Shown piece after piece: positions 31,960 to 40,281 of a stretch of 64,000 bases of DNA. The number at the start of each line of letters is the position of its first letter. The first letter of the stretch is position 1. Made by a program: the position numbers and the translations under genes. Location of the stretch: positions 1-64,000 of IMG/VR virus record IMGVR_UViG_3300005264_000008; one strand, 5' to 3'. The notes under the pieces are model-generated. The model was not told where the DNA came from and made no database searches. It saw only the letters and a program-made list of their open reading frames with translations. This DNA comes from a virus.

Positions 31960-32208
31960 ATGAATCAACAACAACAACAACAACAAATCGATTTAAGTCT
32001 TACTGGTGAAATTATATGTGAAAATTGCAGTAATACATTATTCAAACAAGTTTATTATCTAAGAACAGTACCCAAAACCATATCTAAAAGTGGTCGAGAA
32101 GAAGTATTTCCAATTGTAACATTTGCTTGTGAAGAATGTGGACACATCAATAAAAATTTTGAAGTTAATATTAAACCAAAAATTAAAGAAAACAAAATTA
32201 TCAAATAA
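31960..32208 (+). CDS. Small Zn-ribbon protein
   Basis: CENC...CEECGH; poly-Q N-terminus. Confidence 0.65.
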   Translation: MNQQQQQQQIDLSLTGEIICENCSNTLFKQVYYLRTVPKTISKSGREEVFPIVTFACEECGHINKNFEVNIKPKIKENKIIK

Positions 32209-32210
32209 TA

Positions 32211-33054
32211 ATGCGTAAACAAGTATCATATTCACAATACATGCAATATGTCAATTGTAAAAAACAATATGAACTAACATACATAGAAGGGCTGTCGATT
32301 AGGCAACCCTCTATTTATACTTTAATTGGAACATCTATTCATGAAACTATTCAACAGTATTATGACGAACAATTTCCAATTAAATACAATTACAGTGATA
32401 TATTATTTTCATATATTGAAAAAAACATTAAAATTCAATCTGATAAATTTCAAGAAACATTTGTCAATTCAACAGAGTTGAATGATTTTTTCGTACAAAG
32501 TCAAGTGGTATTACAAAAATTCGTTAGCAACCGAACTGAACTTATTAGCCCCGAACTGCAATATATTAAATCAGAATACGAATTAAAATGTGATTTATCA
32601 TTTCTTGGTGCAGATGCTCGGTTTAGGTATATTAATATAATTGGATTCATCGACATGTTATTCAAAACAATTGATGGTAAATACATAATATTTGATATAA
32701 AATCTAGTAATAAAGGATGGACTATTATTGATAAGAAAAACAAATATAAATTATTCCAACTAATATTATATAAAAAATTACTATCACTAATATCAAATAT
32801 TGATGAAAATGATATTGAAATTAAATATTTGTTTTTAGAATATGGGACTGGTGAAGTTAATGTATTCACACCAAATTTGTCCAAAATAAATGAAAACGAA
32901 TTATTCAATGAATTCAGAGATTTCATATTTGATGTGTTTGATGAAAACGGTATGTATATACAAAGATTTTAATAATACTGATAATAGTGACAATTGTTTT
33001 TTCTGCGAATATAAAGGGACACCATACTGTAATAAATTTAAATTGACTATATGA
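32211..33054 (+). CDS. PD-(D/E)XK RecB/Cas4-like exonuclease, frameshifted near 32961
   Basis: SYSQ..C, GTSIHE, GFID, DIKS, QLILY. The C-terminal CFFC...YC lies in the +1 frame and ends at a TGA overlapping the next ATG. Confidence 0.75.
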
Positions 33055-33485
33055 TTAAAGTGTTAATAACTGGATATCGAGAAACAAATAACCCAATATA
33101 TATAAAGGATTTCATATTTAATATAAAACAATCATATAAAGATGATAATATCACGATATTTGGTAGAGGTGAATATAATAATGATAATTATAAATCAAAT
33201 ATAGATTTTCTTATTCGTAAATATTGTAGGGAATTTGATGTTTCATTTTGCGAATATACACCTTATTATAAACAGAGAAACCCATTTACAATTAATATTT
33301 ATGATATATATACACAAACAGTTAAAAAACGATTTATACGGTTAATACATATGTTTGAACATGTTAATTATATTGTATATTTCATTGATAAAACACTATA
33401 TCCGACTGTGGACGATATCAAGGATACATCATTTTTTAATGAATTGAAAAAACATAAAACGCAATTTAAAATTAAAATAATATAA
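33051..33485 (+). CDS. SLOG/DUF2493-like protein (divergent)
   Basis: KVLITGYR...IFGRG...IDFLIRKYC pattern. Confidence 0.45.
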   Translation: MIKVLITGYRETNNPIYIKDFIFNIKQSYKDDNITIFGRGEYNNDNYKSNIDFLIRKYCREFDVSFCEYTPYYKQRNPFTINIYDIYTQTVKKRFIRLIHMFEHVNYIVYFIDKTLYPTVDDIKDTSFFNELKKHKTQFKIKII

Positions 33486-33516
33486 TAGTTATAAAAAAAG
33501 TTGTAGTTTAAATTAG

Positions 33517-33670
33517 CTATAACGGATAACTTCTTGATTTTCATTTACAAATACTAACAATTTAATAAATTAAAAAACATCATCCAAATTCAATTAAATA
33601 TTGGTAAATGAGTCTTGTCTTCTTATTAAATAGCAGAAAAAAATAAATGACTTCAAACGCAATGTTAGCA
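33517..33670 (+). mobile_element. attC-like site
   Basis: CTATAAC-GG...TTGA..TCATTTA / TAAATGA..TCAA...AT-GTTAGCA. Confidence 0.65.
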
Positions 33671-33704
33671 ACTTTATTTATTAATAACTTTAAAATTAAA
33701 AAAA

Positions 33705-34010
33705 ATGGATATTCAAATTTTTATCGATGAACAAGTCGAAATGTTAAACAATGATTTTGGTACAGACCAAATTCAATGGAATATATACAGACTATTTTTC
33801 AAAGAATATATGCCAGACTTACCCCTTAATACAATAATTTCGAGATGTATGGAAGTTTATGCACAAATTATTAAAATCCATTCGGCTCAACCTTTATTTA
33901 AAGCTCTTGAAAAAGTTCAATTGCAAGTTGGTCAAATCGAACATAACTGGGATTATCAACAGAAAGAATATATGCCGTTTGTTATAAAAGCACTTACAGC
34001 TAACTTTTAA
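33705..34010 (+). CDS. Cassette-borne hypothetical protein
   Basis: Bounded by GTTAGCAAC (33664-33672) and its exact reverse complement GTTGCTAAC (34013-34021). Confidence 0.7.
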   Translation: MDIQIFIDEQVEMLNNDFGTDQIQWNIYRLFFKEYMPDLPLNTIISRCMEVYAQIIKIHSAQPLFKALEKVQLQVGQIEHNWDYQQKEYMPFVIKALTANF

Positions 34011-34014
34011 TTGT

Positions 34015-34146
34015 TGCTAACGGCTAACTTAATTGAACTGTTGCGACTTAACGCACAACGTAAATTAAAAGTAGTAAGTCCAAAAATAACACAGATGTAA
34101 ATTAACAGCATAATGTAAGCCTGTGAAATTCAAGCAAATGTTATGT
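34015..34146 (+). mobile_element. attC-like site
   Basis: TGCTAAC-GG...TTGAA...CTTA / TAAG...TTCAA...AT-GTTATGT; ends resemble the site at 33517. Confidence 0.7.
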
Positions 34147-34163
34147 GCTTAAATTTAAAAATT

Positions 34164-34721
34164 ATGATTAAAGTATTAAATTTATACGCAGGTATTGGAG
34201 GTAATCGAAAGTTTTGGAATAACTGTAATATCACTGCAGTAGAAAATGATAACCAAATTGCAGATAAATATAAACAGCAATTTCCAAATGATAAAATAAT
34301 TATTGATGACGCTCATCAATTTTTATTGGAAAATTATAAAGAGTTTGATTTTATTTGGTCAAGCCCCCCATGCCCAACTCATTCTCGAACTAATTATTTT
34401 CTAAATCCAAAAGGAATAATTCGATACCCGGATATGAAATTATGGCAAGAAATAATCTTTTTATCTGCATTTTTTAAAGGTTATTTCGTTGTTGAAAATG
34501 TAATAAGCTATTATAAACCTATTCTTAATCCGCAACAAATAGGAAGACATTATTTTTGGTCAAACTTCAATATCCCAAAAATAAAACAACCAACAAATGA
34601 CATTGGTAGAATGAATGGGAAAAATCAACCAGCATGTAAAAAACATAAAACTGAAAGAAATGCTGTCAATTCTGAATTAGGTTTACACATTTTTAATCAA
34701 TTTTTGGAAGTTAAAAAATAA
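34164..34721 (+). CDS. Short C5-cytosine DNA methyltransferase, cassette-borne
   Basis: LNLYAGIGG (motif I), SPPC (IV), ENV (VI); bounded by GTTATGTGC (34140-34148) and GCACATAAC (34754-34762). Confidence 0.8.
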   Translation: MIKVLNLYAGIGGNRKFWNNCNITAVENDNQIADKYKQQFPNDKIIIDDAHQFLLENYKEFDFIWSSPPCPTHSRTNYFLNPKGIIRYPDMKLWQEIIFLSAFFKGYFVVENVISYYKPILNPQQIGRHYFWSNFNIPKIKQPTNDIGRMNGKNQPACKKHKTERNAVNSELGLHIFNQFLEVKK

Positions 34722-34755
34722 AACAATCCAGCTATGCTGTCGCTATTTTAGTTGC

Positions 34756-34823
34756 ACATAACGAAAATGTATTTAAACTGAAAAATCTTTTTTGATTTTT
34801 TTGTTTTAAATACAATGTTAGGA
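34756..34823 (+). mobile_element. attC-like site
   Basis: ACATAAC-GAAAA-TGTATTTAAAC..AAAAATC / GATTTTT..GTTTTAAATACA-AT-GTTAGGA, 68 nt. Confidence 0.7.
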
Positions 34824-34909
34824 GCTTTATTTTTAGGCTTTTATCATTGTATCGGAAAATAAATAAAAGAAACTTGAAAAAAAAATTTTTTTATTCAAAA
34901 TAAGTTTTG

Positions 34910-34917
34910 TATCTTTG
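34910..34917 (+). promoter_or_regulatory. Bacteroidota-type -7 promoter box
   Basis: TATCTTTG upstream of ORF 34944. Confidence 0.55.
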
Positions 34918-34943
34918 TCATACTAAAAAGCAATAAAGCTGAG

Positions 34944-35540
34944 GTGAAAAAGGAAATTATGAGAAAGGAAATAAAATATAAAAATTATACAATCCTTTTA
35001 ATTAAAAATAAATACGGAAGCGGTCAAGTTCATTTTGATTATAATGGAACTAATTCAGCTACAAATTTTGGATTAAAAACTGCTTTTGAATTGTTTTCTT
35101 TTATTCACAATGAAGTTTTGAAATTTGCAAAGGAAAATCAAATTAATAGATTTTATACACAAGGAGCTACAGATGATGAAATAATAATAGCTCAAATTAA
35201 GGATATAAAAGATAATAATTTATTTGAATATCCTGAATATTTTTATTCAAATTATATTGATTTTGAATATTTAGGAAATGGGAAATATGAAGGATATGAT
35301 AAAGATGAAGATGAATTAATTACTTTAGATTGTGAAAGTAATATGTTTGATTTTGAGAATATGATAATGAATACGTTTAATGCTTATGAAAAAGTAGGAT
35401 TTGAATTATCAAACATCAAAACGAAAGCTGACCAAAGATTAAAATTATATGCTCGAATGATTTTAAAATATGATGGAGAAATAGAAGAGTTAAACATTCA
35501 AAATAATTATTTAAGTTTTTACATTAATAAAAAAAAATAA
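34944..35540 (+). CDS. Hypothetical protein
   Basis: 198-aa ORF. Confidence 0.6.
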   Translation: MKKEIMRKEIKYKNYTILLIKNKYGSGQVHFDYNGTNSATNFGLKTAFELFSFIHNEVLKFAKENQINRFYTQGATDDEIIIAQIKDIKDNNLFEYPEYFYSNYIDFEYLGNGKYEGYDKDEDELITLDCESNMFDFENMIMNTFNAYEKVGFELSNIKTKADQRLKLYARMILKYDGEIEELNIQNNYLSFYINKKK

Positions 35541-35544
35541 TATT

Positions 35545-35754
35545 ATGAAAAAATTAACAATAAAAGAATGTAATAATTTTATCACTTATATTCATAAAAA
35601 TGAAGAAAGTGTAATCTTAAGCATTGAAGAAAAAGATAATGCAATCGTAATAGTAATTAGTTGTGTTGATTTTTCAAATTTAACAACACACGAAAAAGAA
35701 TTAACTTTTACAGAAAAAGAGTTTAAAAATATTATTAAACAAATAAAACAATGA
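35545..35754 (+). CDS. Hypothetical protein
   Basis: 69 aa; ATGA overlap with the next gene. Confidence 0.55.
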   Translation: MKKLTIKECNNFITYIHKNEESVILSIEEKDNAIVIVISCVDFSNLTTHEKELTFTEKEFKNIIKQIKQ

Positions 35755-35934
35755 AAACATTAATCGTATTACCAGATACATTAGCAGTAGTAGCTAAAAA
35801 AACAAGGATTTACACCAAAAGGCTATTATTCTCAATCAGAAAAAGGTGCAAACGAAAATAAATACATTCTTTTGTTTTATGAAGGCGATGAATATTTACA
35901 GGAAATCCCAGACTTTTGTTATCTTTTATATTAG
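35751..35934 (+). pseudogene. Small gene frameshifted in an A7 run (35796-35802)
   Basis: MKTLIVLPDTLAVVAKK continues as QGFTPKGYYSQSEKG...LLY if one A is removed. Confidence 0.45.
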
Positions 35935-36058
35935 TATTATATATTGTTATATTAGTATCACATAAAAATTTAATATTTTTTAACAATTATTATATTAACT
36001 TTAATTTTTAAATTATGTTATTTATAGAATGGTAAAAAATAATACTACAATCGTTAAT

Positions 36059-36092
36059 GCGTGTCGTGAGTTCGAATCTCACGACACGCTCA
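36059..36092 (+). ncRNA. tRNA minihelix (acceptor stem + T arm only), Gly-like
   Basis: GCGTGTC-GTGAG-TTCGAAT-CTCAC-GACACGC-T-CA: perfect 7+5 bp stem with a canonical T loop. Confidence 0.65.
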
Positions 36093-36114
36093 GATTTTAA
36101 AATAAAACAAAAAC

Positions 36115-36185
36115 CCTACTGTAGTGTAATGGTAGCATCCATGTTTGTGGAACATGTAGTCCCAGTTCGAACCTGGTCAGTAGGA
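36115..36185 (+). tRNA. tRNA-His (GTG)
   Basis: Acceptor CCTACTG/CAGTAGG; anticodon arm CATGT-TTGTGGA-ACATG; T loop TTCGAAC; no encoded CCA. Confidence 0.85.
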
Positions 36186-36198
36186 CAAATATAATTAA

Positions 36199-36288
36199 GG
36201 AAGATTGACAGAGTTGGTAATGTGCCTGATTGCTAATCAGAGTCTTCGGTTAATAGCTGATGCGTAGGTTCGAATCCTACATCTTCCG
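36199..36288 (+). tRNA. tRNA-Ser (GCT)
   Basis: Acceptor GGAAGAT/ATCTTCC, G73; anticodon loop TTGCTAA; long variable arm; GTAGG-TTCGAAT-CCTAC. Confidence 0.92.
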
Positions 36289-36290
36289 CA

Positions 36291-36320
36291 AAAAAATCCC
36301 AAATAATTGGGATTTTTTTT
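36291..36320. terminator. Terminator after the tRNA cluster
   Basis: AAAAAATCCCAA-ATAA-TTGGGATTTTTT. Confidence 0.75.
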
Positions 36321-36398
36321 ATTATCTTGATGTTTAAAATGTTTTTTTAATTACGTTTATTATTATAAAAATCTAATTTATTAAACACTTTATAACAT

Positions 36399-39300
36399 AT
36401 GAAAAAATATTCGCACTCCACTGTACATGATGAAACAATGAAATATTTTGATAATGATGTATTAGCAACCGATGTATGGATGAAGAAATACGCATTGAAA
36501 GATTCCGATGATAATTATTACGAATTAACACCTGATGACATGCATCATCGAATAGCAAGTGAACTTGCACGTGTTGAAAAAAAATATCCTAACCCTATGG
36601 GCGAAGATGAAATATTTGAATTATTAAAAGACTTTAAATATGTCATACCTGCTGGTTCTAATTTATTTGGTATTGGCAATGATAAATATTTAACAAGTCT
36701 TAGTAATTGCTTTTATATACATCATGATAACAATGATAGTTATGGAGGGATAATGAAATTAGATGAAGAATTAGTTCACCTTTTCAAAAGAAGATGTGTC
36801 GAAGAAAATTCACATGTGATGACTTTAAATAATGGATTATTAAGAATAAAAAATATTACTAAAGGTGATATGGTGTTATCTTATAATACTAAAACCCAAA
36901 AATCCGAATATAAAAAGGTAATTGATAAATTTGATACTTTTGTTGATAAAGATGATAGAATAATAATAAAACTATCAAATGGAAGCCAATTAAAAACATC
37001 AAAAAAACATCCAGTTTTGACATTTTCTGAAATTGGAGAATATGTTTATAAAAATGCAGGAGATATACAAAAAGGTGATATTTGTATATCATCTTTGACT
37101 AAAAATAATTATAATGTTTATAATTTTGATAAAAAATTATCTGATATTGCATGGTTCACAGGACATCATCTGGGAGATGGTACATGTGGTAAAAATAAGT
37201 TACGTTTTAGAATATTAGGGGATAATGAAAAATGTATTGCAGAGTATGCATCTATTTTGAATGACATAACAGGCTCAACTGCAAAATATGGGTTATCTAA
37301 AAAGAAAGGTTATTTAGTTGATGTATGGGACTATACTAATAATAAAAAATCTTTAAACGATGTATTAGTTAGATATTTGGATAACCAGCGTGGAAAAAAA
37401 ACATATTCAATGTTTACTCCAAATTTTATAAAAAATAATAATTTATGGATACCTTTCATAGCAGGTTTAATAGATGCAGATGGAACAGTAACAGCAGATG
37501 GTAGATTATCGTTAACACTAACATCAAAAACAATGATAGATGAAATAAATTCTTATCTGTTATATAATGGTATCAGTTGTCATGTGAGTGTTAAGATTGA
37601 CAAACGCAATTCAAAATGGAAACCGCTTTATACATTACGATTTCATAAAGATGTTGAATTTTATTCTAATATATTAAAATATCTTATTCATGATAAAAAA
37701 AGACAACGTCTTATTGAAAATAAAATAACGGTTCATTCGTATAAAAGATTTATAACTGAAGAAGAACATAATGAAATGTTGAATAATTATAGTTCTAAAG
37801 GATTTTATAAATATAATAGAAACAACAAAGCACCAAAAGAATTTAATATTAAACGGAAACAATTGCAAAGTGCTATTGATACTGTGAAAGGTAATAATGG
37901 ATTAGGTATAAGTGCTTTAAATATACTGTTAAAACATGATATTATAAATAATGATAAGTATAATGAGATTAATCAACGTGTTTTTGTTACGAATGTAAGT
38001 ATAGATAATGATAGTTCTAAATATATTGATATTGAAGTCGATGGTAATCATAATTTTTATGCAGGTAATTTTGGCGGAATCGTAACTCATAATTGTGGAG
38101 TCGGAATTGATGTGTCATTTTTAAGACCCAAAAATTCTAAAGTTAATAATGCGGCCTTAACAACAACTGGTGCAGTGAGTTTTATGAATAGATTTAGTCA
38201 TACAACTGAAGAAGTTTCTCTTTTAGGTCGTAGGGCCGCACTAATGATTACAATGGATGTTAGTCATCCTGAAATTGAAGATTTTATTTCAATAAAACAA
38301 GATTTAACAAAAGTAACAGGGGCAAATGTATCAATTAAAATAACAGATGATTTTATGTTAGCTGTTAAAGAAAATAATGAATTTGAATTGAAATTTCAAA
38401 TGGCAGATAAGTCTTGGATAAGAAAAAAGGTAAACGCTAAACAGATATGGGACAAATTTATAAATGCAAGCTGGAATTCAGCCGAACCTGGATTGTTATA
38501 TTGGGATAAAATAAAAAGAGAATCACCTTCCGATGGTTACGAAGGGTTTGATTTACAGGGGGTTAATCCATGTTCTGAATTAACGCTATCAGATTCAGAG
38601 AGTTGTAGATTAACATCTATTAATTTAACTGCTTTTGTTAAAAATAGTTTCACTGAAAAAAGTATGTTTGATTTTGAACAATTCAAAAATGTAGCGATTA
38701 AAGCTCAGAGATTGATGGACGATATAACTGATTTAGAAATAGAAAAAATAAATTCGATTTTACAAAAAATTGAACAAGACCCTGAGAATGCCGATGTGAA
38801 ATTTAGAGAAATTTCCTTATGGAAAAAAATATTAGATAAAGCAACTGATGGTAGACGTTCAGGATTAGGTATAACTGGATTGGCTGACATGTTAGCAATG
38901 CTCGGATATACATATGGAACACACGAAGCAACTTCATTTTCAGAAAAAATATTTATAGATTTAGCAAAATCGTCATATGAATCTTCAATAAACATGGCTA
39001 AAGAAAGAGGAGCTTTTAAAAATTGGTCAATTGATAAAGATAAAAAAAGTGATTTTATAAATAGATTATTATATGAAACCATAGACTCAGACGTTTTTGA
39101 ATTATATAAAAAATATGGTCGTAGAAATATCGCAAATTTAACAATTGCACCAAATGGGTCATTGAGTTTATTGAGTAAAACATCATCAGGTGTTGAACCT
39201 GTTTTCATGGTTAAACATAAAAGACGAAGAAGAGCAACAGAAACAGATTCAGTTGATTTCATTGATGATGTTGGTAATAAATGGAAAGAATATCTTGTAT

Positions 39301-40139
39301 TTCATCCTAAGTTCGAAGAATGGTTTAATAAAAATAATACTAATAAAAAACTAAAAGATTTAACAGAAAGTGAAATAGATGATATTATAACAAAATCTCC
39401 ATACTATAATGCAACAGCACAAACGATAGATTACATAGAAAAAATTAGGATGCAAGGAATCATTAATAAATGGATAGACCATAGCATTTCAATGACTGTT
39501 AATTTACCAAATAATATAACCAAAAAACAAGTGTCAGATTTATATATGAAAGGTTGGGAATATGGTTTAAAAGGAATGACTATTTATAGAGATGGTTCAC
39601 GTTCGGGTGTATTAGTTGCAACTGATTCTAAAAAAGAAGTAACACCAGATAGACCAAAAGAAATACCATGTGATATACATTATATTCAAGCAAATAAGAT
39701 AAAATATTATGTTATAGTTGGTTTAGTTAATGACAAACCATATGAAATATTTGCATTTGAAAAGAAACATATTTCAATACCGCAAATTAGAAAAGATGGT
39801 AAATTAATAAAAGTTAAATCAGGTATGTATAATTTAAAATATAATGGTACTGAAATTGAAAATATTGCTCAACATTTTCAATCACCACAAGAAGATGGTT
39901 TTACTCGAATGGTATCATTATTATTAAGACGTGGAAATTCAGTAGCAGATATAACAGAACAAATTGATAAATCATATAGTGCTATATCAGGATTTTATAA
40001 AGCAATTTCACGAGTATTACGTAAAAATTATACTTCAGATGGTAAAATAGACGAAAAATGTCCGCAATGTAATGCTAATTTAGTAATGAAAGAAGGATGT
40101 AAATCATGTCCTGCATGTGGATTTGAATTTTGTGGTTAA
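36399..40139 (+). CDS. nrdJ: Class II (AdoCbl-dependent) ribonucleotide reductase with intein
   Basis: SLSNCF, NPCSE, GLGITGLAD, TIAPNGS, GMTIYRDGSR; C-terminal TSCPD-like region and Zn ribbon. Confidence 0.9.
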   Translation: MKKYSHSTVHDETMKYFDNDVLATDVWMKKYALKDSDDNYYELTPDDMHHRIASELARVEKKYPNPMGEDEIFELLKDFKYVIPAGSNLFGIGNDKYLTSLSNCFYIHHDNNDSYGGIMKLDEELVHLFKRRCVEENSHVMTLNNGLLRIKNITKGDMVLSYNTKTQKSEYKKVIDKFDTFVDKDDRIIIKLSNGSQLKTSKKHPVLTFSEIGEYVYKNAGDIQKGDICISSLTKNNYNVYNFDKKLSDIAWFTGHHLGDGTCGKNKLRFRILGDNEKCIAEYASILNDITGSTAKYGLSKKKGYLVDVWDYTNNKKSLNDVLVRYLDNQRGKKTYSMFTPNFIKNNNLWIPFIAGLIDADGTVTADGRLSLTLTSKTMIDEINSYLLYNGISCHVSVKIDKRNSKWKPLYTLRFHKDVEFYSNILKYLIHDKKRQRLIENKITVHSYKRFITEEEHNEMLNNYSSKGFYKYNRNNKAPKEFNIKRKQLQSAIDTVKGNNGLGISALNILLKHDIINNDKYNEINQRVFVTNVSIDNDSSKYIDIEVDGNHNFYAGNFGGIVTHNCGVGIDVSFLRPKNSKVNNAALTTTGAVSFMNRFSHTTEEVSLLGRRAALMITMDVSHPEIEDFISIKQDLTKVTGANVSIKITDDFMLAVKENNEFELKFQMADKSWIRKKVNAKQIWDKFINASWNSAEPGLLYWDKIKRESPSDGYEGFDLQGVNPCSELTLSDSESCRLTSINLTAFVKNSFTEKSMFDFEQFKNVAIKAQRLMDDITDLEIEKINSILQKIEQDPENADVKFREISLWKKILDKATDGRRSGLGITGLADMLAMLGYTYGTHEATSFSEKIFIDLAKSSYESSINMAKERGAFKNWSIDKDKKSDFINRLLYETIDSDVFELYKKYGRRNIANLTIAPNGSLSLLSKTSSGVEPVFMVKHKRRRRATETDSVDFIDDVGNKWKEYLVFHPKFEEWFNKNNTNKKLKDLTESEIDDIITKSPYYNATAQTIDYIEKIRMQGIINKWIDHSISMTVNLPNNITKKQVSDLYMKGWEYGLKGMTIYRDGSRSGVLVATDSKKEVTPDRPKEIPCDIHYIQANKIKYYVIVGLVNDKPYEIFAFEKKHISIPQIRKDGKLIKVKSGMYNLKYNGTEIENIAQHFQSPQEDGFTRMVSLLLRRGNSVADITEQIDKSYSAISGFYKAISRVLRKNYTSDGKIDEKCPQCNANLVMKEGCKSCPACGFEFCG
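36795..38093 (+). mobile_element. Intein with LAGLIDADG homing endonuclease (433 aa)
   Basis: Starts CVEENS after FKRR; TSKKHP block B; FTGHHLGDG and FIAGLIDADG; ends IVTHN before C(+1)GVGID. Confidence 0.92.
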
Positions 40140-40144
40140 TACAC

Positions 40145-40249
40145 ACACAACACAGACAAATCTCAATTGTAAGAGTTTTTAATTTAATGTGGACTGAAAC
40201 ATTTACTTTCATAAACAAACACATTACAATTGGAATTTGGGTGTTATAA
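40145..40249. repeat. Intergenic imperfect inverted repeat with AAC/GTT ends
   Basis: AACAC..CAAAT..CAATTGTAA / TTACAATTG..ATTTG.GTGTT. Confidence 0.5.
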
Positions 40250-40281
40250 CACTAATATTTTTAATTTATATAATTATAATA

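Noticed and set aside
34817-35940. Third complete cassette starting GTTAGGAGC
   Set aside because: No closing GCTCCTAAC was found downstream, so its right boundary cannot be supported.
36010-36058. 5' half of a full tRNA upstream of the minihelix (AATGGTA and CTACAA look like loop fragments)
   Set aside because: No acceptor-strand complement, D stem or anticodon stem forms there; the only partner for GACACGC is the adjacent GCGTGTC.
36225-36241. tRNA-Ser read as an amber suppressor because CTA occurs in the loop
   Set aside because: In the 7-nt loop TTGCTAA, positions 34-36 are GCT; G73 and the long variable arm fit a normal Ser tRNA.
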